Counted from the first letter of the stretch, positions 24,401-35,760 are shown. The stretch is 49,781 nt of DNA from Octopus bimaculoides (GCF_001194135.2 NC_068985.1:64816610-64866390), one strand, 5' to 3'. Notes: generated from the letters alone by a model not told the origin. Numbers and translations are program-made.

Positions 24401-25483
24401 ATGTGTGGAGTCCGCTGGCGAAGGAATTCTTCTCGCGACAGGCCCCTTTGAAGAGATTTAAACCCCGTTTCATAAAAAGACGGAATCTGACTTTATGGCA
24501 GGAGTGCCGACAGGCACTCTGGCTGATGCACAAGACGGGCAAAGCTGACAGCCAGAATACCATCTCGGTGTTCTATAGAGGGCTGGTAGAGGCAAAAAAT
24601 GATGACGTCCTAGGAGGGGCTCTGGGGTTCGATGAGAACCAACTTGCCAACCTGTTCAAAAAAACTTTCAGGCCAGGGTACTTGGACAAATTCCAAAAAT
24701 CCCTGACCTGGCAGTGCTACAGGAATGCATTAGCTGTTCACGATAAGTTATCAAGGCATGGTTTGTCAGTGCCACCGACATGTCCAAGAATTGGGTTGGA
24801 CGATGAAACTGTTCAGCATGCTTTTGTACAATGTCGGGAGCTATCTAGTGTGATAAGTTACGTTGAACATGTGTTGTTGCATCTGGGATGAGTACAGCTG
24901 TCAGCTGGATCTATAATAAAAATGGTACTGGCAACTGGACTCTCAGAGGAAGGTGAGTAAAAACATACAGTTTTTACTGTATGTTTGCAGTACTGAAAGA
25001 GTGTGTTTGGAGGACTAGAATAGATGGTTCTGTTACAAGGTCCTTCATCTCTGGCCCCAAGTTTGCTATCCTACTTCAGATACCATCTGAAGAGCAAGAT
25101 GGGGTTGGAGAGGAAGACCCTGCCACCAAGTGAATACAAGAAACGATGGAAGGATGTGATGAGAAAGGTGGGTGTCAGTAACCCAACTCAATCATCGATA
25201 AAAGGAAAAGCTAGTTGCTGGGCATTATAGGCTGTTGGGTTCGATTTTTTTTAACCTTTTATTCTTTTTCTTTGTTTTGTTGTTGTTTGCTTTCTGTTTA
25301 AAAAAAAAATGTTCTCATTTAAATGCAAAAGTAAGCCAAATTATTCAGTTAATTTATATCATAATTAAATTTTTAAAAGTTTCATTCAAACTCTCATAAC
25401 ATTTCTGTATATTGTTTGTCCTGTATTGTCTCATTCTATGTTTGATCATAATGATGATCATAAAGATTTTACCTCTAGCCGAA
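21478..25483 (+). mobile_element. L1/Tx1-clade LINE copy 1, 5'-truncated at the end of ORF1
   Basis: ORF2 start MIKLGC at 21682; APE VYAP, LVGDFN, SYLDRVFV; RT YRPITLLNVELKILAKVL, QGCPLSPLLY, YADD (23659-23670); C-terminal zinc-binding segment TCPR..DETVQHAFVQC (~24778-24834); 3'UTR ending acctctagccgaa. Confidence 0.93.
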
Positions 25484-26053
25484 TCATCTAGCTTAATCAT
25501 CAATGAAAGGAAAGTTAGTTGCTGGGCCTTATAGGCTGCTGGGTTCTGTTTTTTGGAATTTTTATTCTTTTTCTTTCTTTGTTTTTATTAAAAAAAATAA
25601 AAATTCTCTTTAAAGGCAAAAGTAATCATATTAATTAAATTATATCACAATTAAATTTTAAACATAATATTCAAACTCATTTAATGTTTTTGTATTTGTT
25701 TGCCCTGTAATGTCCTTTCTATGTTTTGATCATTATGATTGTAATAAAGAACTTACCTCTAACCGAATCATGCAGCTTAATCATTGATGAAAGGAAAGTT
25801 AGTTGCTGGGCCTTATAGGCTGCCGGGTTCTGTTTTTTTTTTTTGAACTTTTATTTTTTCTTTCTTTCTTTCTTTTTTTTAAAAAAAGTTCTCTTTAAAG
25901 GCAAAAGTAATCAATTCATTTAAATTATATCACAATTAAATTTTTAAACGTAATATTCGAACTCATTTAACATTTTTGTATTTGTTTGTCCTGTAATGTC
26001 CTTTCTATGTTTTGATCATTATGATTGTAATAAAGAATTGACCTCTAGCTGAA
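25484..26053 (+). repeat. Two tandem ~285-bp units, each equal to the Tx1 3'UTR
   Basis: Units 25484-25767 and 25768-26053 each run from tcat..agcttaatcat (at the ORF2 stop) to aataaagaa..acctcta(g/a)c(c/t)gaa. They align with 25185-25483 and 30700-30960. Confidence 0.92.
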
Positions 26054-26314
26054 CATTTTTTCTTCTGTGACACATCATTTTTTTTCATTTTGCTACCCAA
26101 CGTTATGTGAGTTTGTTTCTGTCTGTTTCTTGTATATTTGTGTTATTGTTATTACTTTACATGAATTTCAACTGTTGTCTCTTGGCAAACAGTAATTTTC
26201 GCCCTATGGGGCAGAAAATTTCTGATAATTTTTATAATTTTTGTGAACTGTTATTGTTAACCTTTACGGGTTATTTTCTGAGAATTTTTCTTATTATTTG
26301 TGACAAGTTTCAAC

Positions 26315-27609
26315 ATGGAATTTGACCTTGCATCAAAAAAGGATTTTCCCGAGATGGGAGAAAGAAATTCAAGTGTAAATCAACAGGATAGTTTTTCAGC
26401 CACCATGGGCAAAAACGTTACAGAGCTTGAAGTAGCAATGGACAAACTATTCAAGTTTAGAAATTTAATTAAAAAAGGTGGAGAGGAGACCAAGTTGGTG
26501 CTGCCCCTTGAGACAGTATAAGCCATAAAGGAAAAAACAGTTGTGTACAAGGTTTACAACATTAAAGAAAAGAGGATAATGGAGGTAAAAAATGAAGCAG
26601 TGGAAAAGTGCATAGTGCCGACCTGGAACAAAGTTCGCTATGTTAGCCGAGGAGTAAGAAGTGCAACAATTGACGCACATTTTGAGTCAGCTAGCATAGC
26701 CAAGGAGGTGTCTACGCAGACGTTGAAGAACAAGGAGATAATGCCGACTTACTTGGATCGCAGGACCGCAAAGGTGACAGTAGAGGAAATCCCGATAGGG
26801 TATGAAGTAATGTGAGTAGTGGCTGCAGTAGTGTACGACGTGGAGGAGAAAATTACAATTCTGCAAATGAGGAAAAAGGAACCGGTTAACTGGAGAGGAC
26901 AATCTTTAGAAATGGTCATTCAAGTGGACAATGCAACACTTGAAAATTTGCCTGATAGGGTGTTTGTAGGGAAGGGGCATACAATTTGTGTGTCGGTAGA
27001 GGGATGTAGGCCCAGATGCTTTAAGTGTGGGCAGAAGGGCCATGTTCGCTCGATGTGTACAAAGAAAAAAGAAAACAAAGCCCCTCCTCAAAACACAGAG
27101 AAAGAGGAAGGACGAGCTGCAATACCAACAAAAGGAAACAATGAAAAAACCAAATGAAAGAAAATACACAAGAGGAAACAGAAGAGATGGAGTTTACACA
27201 GGTAACTCACAAAAGGAAGAACTCACCACCCCAAACAAAAAAAAATAACTACAGACGAATAACACAAAAAATTCCCCAGTCCCACCCCGCTGGCACTACT
27301 TTAGTTGGACAACATTTTGCCAAACCCCTCCCACCAAACTTAAAAGGTTTTGCAAAAACTGACAAAATTATCTCTTTTAACATGAAAGATGAGAAGGTTT
27401 TACATTACATAAAAGTACAACCAAAGATAAAACTTTTTAGAAAAACGGCAGACAGTGGGTCTGACGTTTGCTATGCGAAAGTCAGAGAGGATGAATGGAA
27501 GGAGAAACTCCTTCAAGGATGTATAAAGGACAACGCAATGAAAGATGTTACCCAAGAGGTGATAGCGAGTAAACCAATTATTAGCCTGGCAGCCACACCA
27601 ACCTGGTAA
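26315..27609 (+). pseudogene. Tx1-like ORF1 (RNA-binding/gag-like) with CCHC zinc knuckle
   Basis: ORF pieces 26300-26521, 26543-26815 and 26819-27157 share one frame (two in-frame stops), then shift frame to 27154-27609. Contains CFKCGQKGHVRSMC. Confidence 0.85.
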
Positions 27610-27705
27610 AATGCCCAGCAGCTACAGGGAGTGTCGGGGAAGCAGGCAGACAAAAACTGTCATGCTCCCTTTCTCAACCGTAAGTAAAATATTTTACTTT
27701 CATCG

Positions 27706-30700
27706 ATGATTAAGTTAGGCTGTGTGAATGTGCATGGAATGGGGTCGAAATGGAAACAGGCTTGTTTCCTGCATGACCTCAGGACACATGAAATAGATAT
27801 GGCTGTTGCAACCAAGTCCAAGATGAGTGGACCTCAAGAATTCTCGCCTCTTCTGAATGGTTATGAGAAATTTATTTCTCCTAGCTGGGGAAGAGGAGCG
27901 GGCGTGGCAGTCCTTATCAGGAAGAGCTTGGACTTACAAGTAAGTACTGTCTTTCTGGACCCAGAAAGTAGGCTGGTCATCCTGGATGTGACCCTCGTGA
28001 GTAAGAAGTCATTCAGGCTGGTAACCGTCTATGCTCCTAATGAGCGTCAACAGTCGGGTTTTTTTTTGAGACTTGGAGCACTTTCTAGTGACATCAGAAA
28101 CAGTAGTTCTGGTAGGGGATTTTAACACTATCTTCAATGTGTGGGTGGATAGTGTTGGCTCAACTGATAGGAAATGGAATCCTAGCCTCAAGAGTCTACT
28201 AGACAGTTTTAATCTAGTAAACCATTACTGACTGGATGAGCCAAGCGTTCCACAGTGGACGTGGAGTAACAACGACGGCTCATGCAGATCGTACCTAGAT
28301 AGGGCATTCGTTAGGGAAAGAGATAAGAATACCTTTAGTCGTCCACAGTTTTGTATTGTGCCTTACATGGCTCACAAACTTGTGACATGTGAAGTACATG
28401 TAGATAAATGTCATAGACAGGGACCCAGGTACTGGAAGATGAACAAGTCTATTTTGACGTGTGAAGCCTTTCGTACTCGGCTTAAGGTGTTAGTTCAGAG
28501 GGCATTATGTGGCACCATCATTAATAATAGATGGTGACATGCCCTCAAAAGAGCCATCCATTTTGAGTCCATTAGATTTAGCAAGTAGCTAAGTTTAGAT
28601 AGGACCAGAACAGAGGGCGATTTAGTTAAGAACTTAGATGAGGTGATGGAATCTGGCTCTGCATCTAAAGTGCAGGCGGCGAGAACAGTCTTGTAGCATC
28701 ACCTGAACTCCTAGCACGAAGGTTGCAGAGTTAGAGCTAAGCTACATGCAAGGAAACACGAAGGTATTAATGTTGCCGGATGGGCACATCGTGTGCAGAG
28801 TCAGAGAGGTAAAATCGCCTCTATAAAGTCTTTAACAGACAAACAGGGGCACAAGATCTATGGACAGGAGGAGATGCAGAAAGTCTTTCACCAGCATTTT
28901 GCCCGGTTGTTCAGGGAGGGCGGCTCACTTGGGCATGGGGAGGCCTTAAAGGACTTCCTAGCTGGTGGACCACGACTCTCGGCACATGAGGCAGAGTGCT
29001 GTGAAGGACCGATCACTCCCACGGAGGTTAAAGAGGTGTTGGCCGAGTATGCCGGGGAAAAGTCGCCGGGGCTGGATGGTCTGCCCTATGAGTTTTATAG
29101 TTGTATGCTGGACTTGTTTGGGGATATACTGGCAGGCATCTATACAAACTGGCAGCAGAATGGGAGGATTCCCAGTTCTGTGAGCCAGGAAGTGGTGACA
29201 CTGGTCCAGAAAGACCCGAGCAAGGGGGATAATGTTAGCAATTACAGGCCCATAACTCTACTTAATGTAGAGTTAAAGATTTTGGCCAAGGTGTTAGCGA
29301 ATAGGTTGATGGCTGTCATGGAGAAACTTGTAGGGAAGACAGACATGTGCGATCCCAGTCAGCCCGATCCAGGATAATCTTCACCTTATCCGCTACACCT
29401 TAGATAGGGTTGGGAAATTAGCCAGCAAAGGTGGGGCAATGGTCCATTTAGACCAAAGTAAAGCATTTGATAGGGTAGACCATTGGTACCTGGTAGTGGT
29501 CCTCGTGGGTGGATCTCCGCTATGTACAGCGGCATCAAGTCCACAGTCCAGATAAATGGTTACCTAATGGAGCTGTTTCCAATCAAGTGCTCAGTTTGTC
29601 AAGGGTGTCCCTTGTCTCCACTTCTGTACATGTTGGCTCTCGAGCCGTCACTAGAGAAGTTGGGAGGCAACCCTAATGAAATCAGATGCGGTAAGTCTGT
29701 TTCTGCTTATGCAGATGACATCACCTTCATCGTGTCCAATGAAGTGGTGGCTGGGGCAAAAGTTAACAAGGACAAGTCCATTGGCTTGTGCTTCGGCACC
29801 TGGAGGAGCAAGTCAATATCGTCCAGTGTCGTGGGGCACTGGACAGATGGTCCTGTTAAGTTGCTTGGAGTTTGGTTTGGCTCAAACTCTTAGACGGAGA
29901 AGAATTGGAGTGAAGTGGCAGACAAAGTAGAGGCCGTAGTACGGAAGGGCGGAGGTGGTACAGGTGTTTATTGCATCTGTAATCATCTACCACCTATCCA
30001 TTGTGCCTTGCCCCGATTTGTGGCTAAACAAGTTGGAACGACTCCTTTTCCACTTTTTGTGGAAGGGAGGAAAGCCACTTGTGCGGCGCTCTATTTGCTG
30101 CCAGGAACCATTAAAGGGCGGGCTGGGAATGCCTTGGCTAATGATGCAAAGACATATGTTGAGGCTGAGACATCTCTTGCACCACCTGGAAAGGGATAAG
30201 GTGTGGAGTCCTCTGGCAGAGGAAATCTTCTCACGACCAGCCTCTATGGAGAGATTTAAACCCAGTTTCATAAAAAGACGGAATCTGACCTTATGGCAGG
30301 AGTGCTGACAAGCATTGTGGCTGATCCACAAGATGGGCAAGGCCGGCAGCTGGAATACCACCTCGATTTTCTATAGAGAGCTGGTAGAGGCAAAAAAATG
30401 ATGACATCCTAAGAGGATGTCATCTATAATAAAGATGGTACTGCCAACTGGACTCTCAAAGGAAGGTGAGGTTTGTTTTTTATTGTACGGTGGCAGTATT
30501 GAAAGAGCGTGTATGGAGCATGTATGGAGAACTAGAATAGAAGGTTTCATGACAGTGTCCATCATCTCTGGCCCAGGTTTGTTAACCTACTTCAGATACC
30601 ACCTGAAGAGCAAGATGTGGTTGGAGAGGAAGACCCTGCCGTAGAGAGAGTATGAGAAATGTTGGAAGGATGTGGTGAGAAAAGTGGGTGTCAGTAACCC

Positions 30701-30707
30701 AGCTTAA
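27706..30707 (+). pseudogene. Tx1-like ORF2 (APE endonuclease and reverse transcriptase), disrupted
   Basis: GAGVAVLI, VYAPN, KSPGLDGLPYEFY, NYRPITLLNVELKILAKVLANRL, QGCPLSPLLY, AYADD; stop TAA at 30705-30707. The C-terminal zinc-binding segment is deleted relative to copy 1. Confidence 0.9.
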
Positions 30708-30960
30708 TCATCAATGAAAGGAAAAAGATAGTTGCTGAGCCTTACAGGCTGCTGGTTATGAAGTTTGAACTTGTTTCTTTTACTTTATTTTTTTTTTTTA
30801 AAAACAGGGTAATGGAAAATCAAGTTAACTATATAAATTATATCTAAATTTTTAAGGTTCATTCGAACTCATCATGACATTTTTGTAATCGTTTTGTCCT
30901 GTAATGTCCCATCTGTGTACTGATTGTATAATCACAATAAAGAATCCACCTCTAGTTGAA

Positions 30961-32400
30961 CAATTATTCTGTGCTGATGAAGGAAAATAACCTGGAAATC
31001 ACAATACACAGATTTTGTTTTGATCTGAGTGTGGATGCTAGATTCCCTTGTTTGAAAATATAAGGACATAGATTGTGTTGTATAGCCAGCTGGAGGCAAT
31101 GTCTCTTGGGGCTAAATTACAGCAACATTCATCCTAAACCAGGACTGCCATATTATGTTGACAAGCATAATACTCCTGGAGTAGATTTGATGAAGCATTG
31201 TGTGATATTTCTCCTGGGAGGAGGTGAGTATCAGGATGTCATCAACATATCTGGAGGTGAAGAGGTGATTGACACACGCCAAAGATTCAGCAATGTTAAC
31301 AAGCATATAGAATTTGAAATTGAATACCTGGATGAATCTGGAATGCTCTCTCTCCTTGATTTTAGATCAAGATCACAGAAGAGGATTCTATTTATACTAA
31401 CTTTTACAGGAAAGCTGCCAGTAAGAGCTTTTTTTACACATGAATCAGTCTTATCCACCAGAGCCAAAGCTGCATATGTGTGAAATGAAATCACACCCAT
31501 AAGTGACAGATATAGTGATACAACTGATAAAGCTTCCAAACTGACAAAGTTTCTTAAGGAACCAAATGGTTCTTTAAGAACTTAATACATAAGGCTATCC
31601 AGCATCTTTAACCAAATGACTACATCTATAAAACACAAAAGTGAGTAAACCACATAAGAGGGCCCATAATCCCAAGTCTAACATATGCTTCCTTAAACTA
31701 CACTATTTTGATGACAGAACTACTACTACTATACAATGTGATCTGCAAGAATGGACTCAACATACAGAAGTGACACCATCTTTAGCCAGATGACTGCATC
31801 TATAAAACATGAAAGTGAGTAAACCACATAAGAGGGCCTACAATCCCAAGTCTGATATGTGCTTCCTTAAACTGCCCTATTTTGATGACAGAACCACTAC
31901 TGCTGTACATTGTGATCTGCATGGAGGGACTCAACATAGAGAGATGCACACTGGTCCATCTCTGAGAAAATTTCTGTCAAGGAATAATGCCACAGATAGC
32001 ATTGTGGGATGCACACTATCCAATTCCTCCATCAGCAACTTCAAAATGTGCTTGAGGACTTGTGTGGTATATGAGGTTGTCTGCAGTAAATGTGGGAGAT
32101 CATGCATTGGGTGCACTACCAGGAAATTGCACATTCACATAAAAGGAGATATGCACACAGACACTTCAATCAAAAAACACCTAAAGAAGTGCCAGATCCA
32201 AGATTTCAAAGTAGCCATTAGGGCCTGTAATTAAGTGGTGAAGCCTATACCTATTAGAAGTAACTATTATAGATCCCAGTTTGGGAGTGGTTGAGTATGA
32301 AATTTCAATGGAGTATTTATTAAAAATAAGAGCACTTCCCTGAACTCTCTTGAGGTCAATACAGGGATGATGCTCTTCTTGGAGCCATGACAACATCAAG
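30961..32400 (+). mobile_element. Penelope-like element remnant (RT and GIY-YIG endonuclease)
   Basis: RT motifs LGLNYSNI, RYVDDILIL (on an inverted segment) and FSNVNKHIEFEIE..LSLLDF. GIY-YIG-like CVVYEVVCSKCGRSCIGCTTRKLH..KKHLKKC in 31809-32234. Internal 174-bp tandem duplication (31603-31776 and 31777-31950). Confidence 0.88.
30968..31012 (+). ncRNA. Type I (minimal) hammerhead ribozyme motif, near-canonical
   Basis: Stem I tctgtg (30968-30973) pairs with cacaga (31007-31012); core CTGATGA 30974-30980; stem II agg/cct; GAAA 30995-30998; NUH triplet ATA 31004-31006. One extra G before GAAA and a weak stem III. Confidence 0.65.
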
Positions 32401-32839
32401 ATCATCTATTGAGCATTTCCTGAAAGCTCTCCACTAGTTCTTCAAAAACTATAATTTTCAAAATCTTATCTTGTGATGATTCTTGTACCATTCACTTGAA
32501 CTTTCATTGTTTTCTTTTTGTTTATTCTTTTCTTATTTCTTTTTGTTTATTCTTTTCTTATTTCTTTTTTTTTTTGCATGGAGTAATTTATAATAATAGG
32601 CAGAAGATCAGAACCATTGATGTATTGCCTTTGATTCTATTTAAAATGAGACTGATCATTGTTTTATAATTCCTAAAACAATTGAAGTAAAAAATCATTT
32701 GTTTATTAATACCAATAAGAGCATTTCTGAAAATATGATATTAGGTAAAACTATTAATTTAAGTTATTTTTTGATTATAAATTAAGAAATTAAAAATACA
32801 TGAGTGATAACTCAGTTTATATAATTTTCATACTTTCAG

Positions 32840-32866
32840 ATCTACATGGATCCAAAAGATTTAAGC
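32840..32866 (+). CDS. Candidate 27-nt host microexon
   Basis: Context ataattttcatactttcag|ATCTACATGGATCCAAAAGATTTAAGC|gtaagt: pyrimidine tract with CAG acceptor, consensus GTAAGT donor, length divisible by 3, open in two frames (IYMDPKDLS, or xLHGSKRFK with split codons). Lies in non-repetitive DNA. Confidence 0.45.
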
Positions 32867-32959
32867 GTAAGTAAATTTAACTATGATGGAATTTTATAGT
32901 TGTTTAATTTACTTTTGTATACTGTTAATTGATATTTAAGTGTAAGTAGATTTAAGGTA

Positions 32960-33130
32960 TCAAATAGGCAGCCTTGTTAGAGTGATAACTAGAATGCTTT
33001 ACAGTGTTTTGTACAATACTTCTCTTTATGCTTTGAGTTCAAATTCCACCAAGGTCAACATTACCTTTAATTCCTTCCACCAAACTACTACCAAGTTGGT
33101 TAGTGGAATTATATGAGTACCAGATGAAAC
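32960..33130 (+). mobile_element. Highly degenerate copy of the 13551-type SINE
   Basis: ttgagttcaaattccaccaaggtcaacattacctttaattcctt aligns to ctgagtgcaaattccgctgaggtcaactttgcctttcatcctt. Confidence 0.5.
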
Positions 33131-34176
33131 ACCTTTTAGTATCTGCTTCAGCTTTTTGATTTTTTAGTTCAAATTTTCCACCTTACTCTCATAGTAAGGG
33201 TACCATGAAGTGCCAACATCAAGTCCATTGTGAAAGAAGAGACTGCTTTATGAAAACCCAACAAACTCACAAAATTAATGTGGCATAATTTCATGAGCAC
33301 TCTATGCATCAGGAGGTCGTAGTAGGATTTTCATATTAGTTGTTTTTCAGACAGAATATATGTTTATAAATGCTTTTTATTTCTTTTAAAATATTGATTT
33401 CACACAAAGACACAATGCCTCAGATTTTGAGGAATAGATATAATGGATTAGATGGAAACTAGATATATCTTTATTAAACATAAACAAAATTTTATATGTA
33501 TCTTTATTATCTTTATTCATATCCCACATTATATTGGTACTCCTAGTTATTAATGCTTAGCCATCAAACTTGTATGATAATGTAAATTAAATTGCGCTAC
33601 TTACAATCTTGTGTATATTTTCTATAATTAGCTTTAGGCTTCTTAACTTTGTTAGGAGTGAATGATCCCCAATGGGTTTTTAATGAAAAGGAAATTAGTT
33701 GGTTAATTCCTCATTCAAAGCTGCATAGAGCCCCATGGTTTAACTGAGATACTTTTCTCAGCGACACTAAATATATATTTATTAAATATATGGGCATGAT
33801 TTTTTATATAAATTTATTCATAACATACTGTAGCAACACTTTAGTTTTAAAACTTTGTTATTCGATAAAAAGATGTTTATGCACGAATGTGTGTATGTGT
33901 GTATATTTTCATGTTATACATAGAAGTGATGTATGATAGAATTTTCAACTCAAGTAAAATAGAACAAACTACCCAAATCGTTGTTAGAGTATCCATGTAA
34001 ATGGAGTCAAGACAGACTAGTTTGTACTGACATCAAGTCATATAAGTTATAATAATGAAGTCAAACCTAATAACAATACTTTGAAAGCATTTGATATTTA
34101 CATTTAAGGTCTTTGCATAATATATAAAGGAAATATGTTTCAAAATATAAAACAACTGATGGAATTTGTTATATAT

Positions 34177-34177
<1 letters not shown>

Positions 34178-34208
<31 letters not shown>

Positions 34209-35760
34209 TGTTTAACGTCCGTCTTCCATGCATGCATGGGTAGGACAGTTGACAGGAGTCAGCCAGGTAGAAAACTACCCTAGGCTACTGTGTCTGTTTT
34301 GACAGGGTTTTTACGGCTGGACACCCTAACACCAACCACTCTGCAGAGTGGACTCAGTGCTTTTTACATGGCACTAGCACAGGTGAGGTTAAATTTGGTG
34401 TGAATTTTACAGCTGGATGCCTTTCCAAATGCCAACCACTTTACAGTGTGGACAGGATGCTTTTTACGTGACACTAGCACTGACAGGGTCACCAAGTAAT
34501 TTGCAAGACAAATAATTATGAGAGGGGCAGGGGCATTTGAGGAGGGGAATTTGTGTCAAATGAAAGGTTAGAGTGTGACAGAGAAATAGAGAGGCAGAAA
34601 TAGGTGTCTTGCTACAGAGGAGGTAGATGGTTACCCAGTGAGAGAGAGAGAGAGAGAGAGAGAAAGAAGAGGAAGAGAGAGGGGGGGAGAGAAAGGTACC
34701 AGAAAGAGGACTAACAGGTGTGCTAATGTAAAGGAGATACTTGGTTACCTAGTCAGAGGAAAAACAAAAGGAGAGAGAGTGATCAAGAATGAGGGCAGAA
34801 ATAAGGTGTGCTGCTGTAGAGGAGATACATGGCTTCCCAGCCAGAAGGAAGAGCTAGGGAAGGAGAGAGAGGGAGAGTAGGAAACAGCAAAAGTGTAAGA
34901 GAGAGCAGGAAGGAGTTGGTGAAGTGCCAGGGTATACTTACATGTAACAAGGATCAGAGCATAGATGTGATGGTAATGTAAGGAAGAGAGAGATACAAAG
35001 GTGGTTAGGTATTGCCAAGGCACAAGTAGGGAGTGGGGATTGCAGTGACTGATGAAAACTTGGGTAGAAAAATGGGGTGGAGTGGGGGAAATAATGATAC
35101 AGTGAGCAGGGCAGGAAAGGGCATTGGTAGACAAATCATAGTTTATGAAGAGGAAATGTGAGGAAGAGAAAGATGCAGTTAAGAAGAGATGTAGGTCAGT
35201 TTCTTTGTAGGGTGTGTGAAAAGATTGTTGTTGCATGTGGGTGGGTCTTCTCTAGGACCTCATATCACCAAACATCTCAGTCCATTGTCATTTTCCCTGC
35301 GAGCCTTAACATCCTGAGATCGGTCCTCACCACTTCATCCATGTCTTCCTGGGTCTCCCTCTTCCACAGTTACCATCCACTTTCAGTGATTGGCACTCCT
35401 TTATACATCTGTCTTTACTCATACACATCACATGTCCAAACTAACACATTCTCCTCTCCTGAATGCCACATTTAATCCCTTTTATGCCTATCTTTTCTCT
35501 CAATACAGCTGTGCTTCAACAGTCATGCACACTGATGCTGCAAATCGAATGGAGCATACTACCTTCATTCCTTTCCAGTCTATGCATGTCCTCTGCAGTC
35601 AGAGCCTATGTATCACAACCATGTTATACAGCCATTCTCACACAAGCATCATGCAATCTACCTTTCACTCTAAGAGAAAGTACTTTTGTTGCCAACAGAG
35701 ATAGTAACTCTCTGAACTTCCTGCATATGCTTACAACCACTGAAAATTTTAGATCTAGAG
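34178..35760 (-). mobile_element. 5'-truncated RTE LINE, subfamily B (long pyrimidine-rich 3'UTR)
   Basis: (ATC)n tail at 34178-34207 and shared terminus gtttaacgtccgtcttccatgc. ORF2 end on the minus strand (RKFRELLSLLATKVLSLRVKGRLHDACV) at 35250-35760. About 1 kb of UTR. Confidence 0.85.

Larger units (their letters stand above)
26054..30960 (+). mobile_element. L1/Tx1-clade LINE copy 2, apparently full length but decayed
   Basis: 5'UTR, ORF1 with CCHC knuckle, ORF2 with APE and RT, and a 3'UTR ending aataaagaatccacctctagttgaa. Colinear with copy 1 from 27520 onward. Confidence 0.93.

Noticed and set aside
24119-24542. Exact 207-bp duplication in Tx1 ORF2
   Set aside because: Identical copies on either side of the 10-N gap (24326-24335); assembly artefact, absent from Tx1 copy 2.
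25751-25767. Tx1 terminal motif resembling snRNA sequence (acttacct like the U1 5' end; cctctaaccga like part of U2)
   Set aside because: Matches are only 8-11 nt, the U1-like part is not conserved among the four units, and no flanking snRNA sequence is present.
33676-33702. Short resemblance to the Tx1 3'UTR start (aatgaaaaggaaattagttgg)
   Set aside because: About 20 nt of low-complexity purine-rich similarity with no extension on either side.
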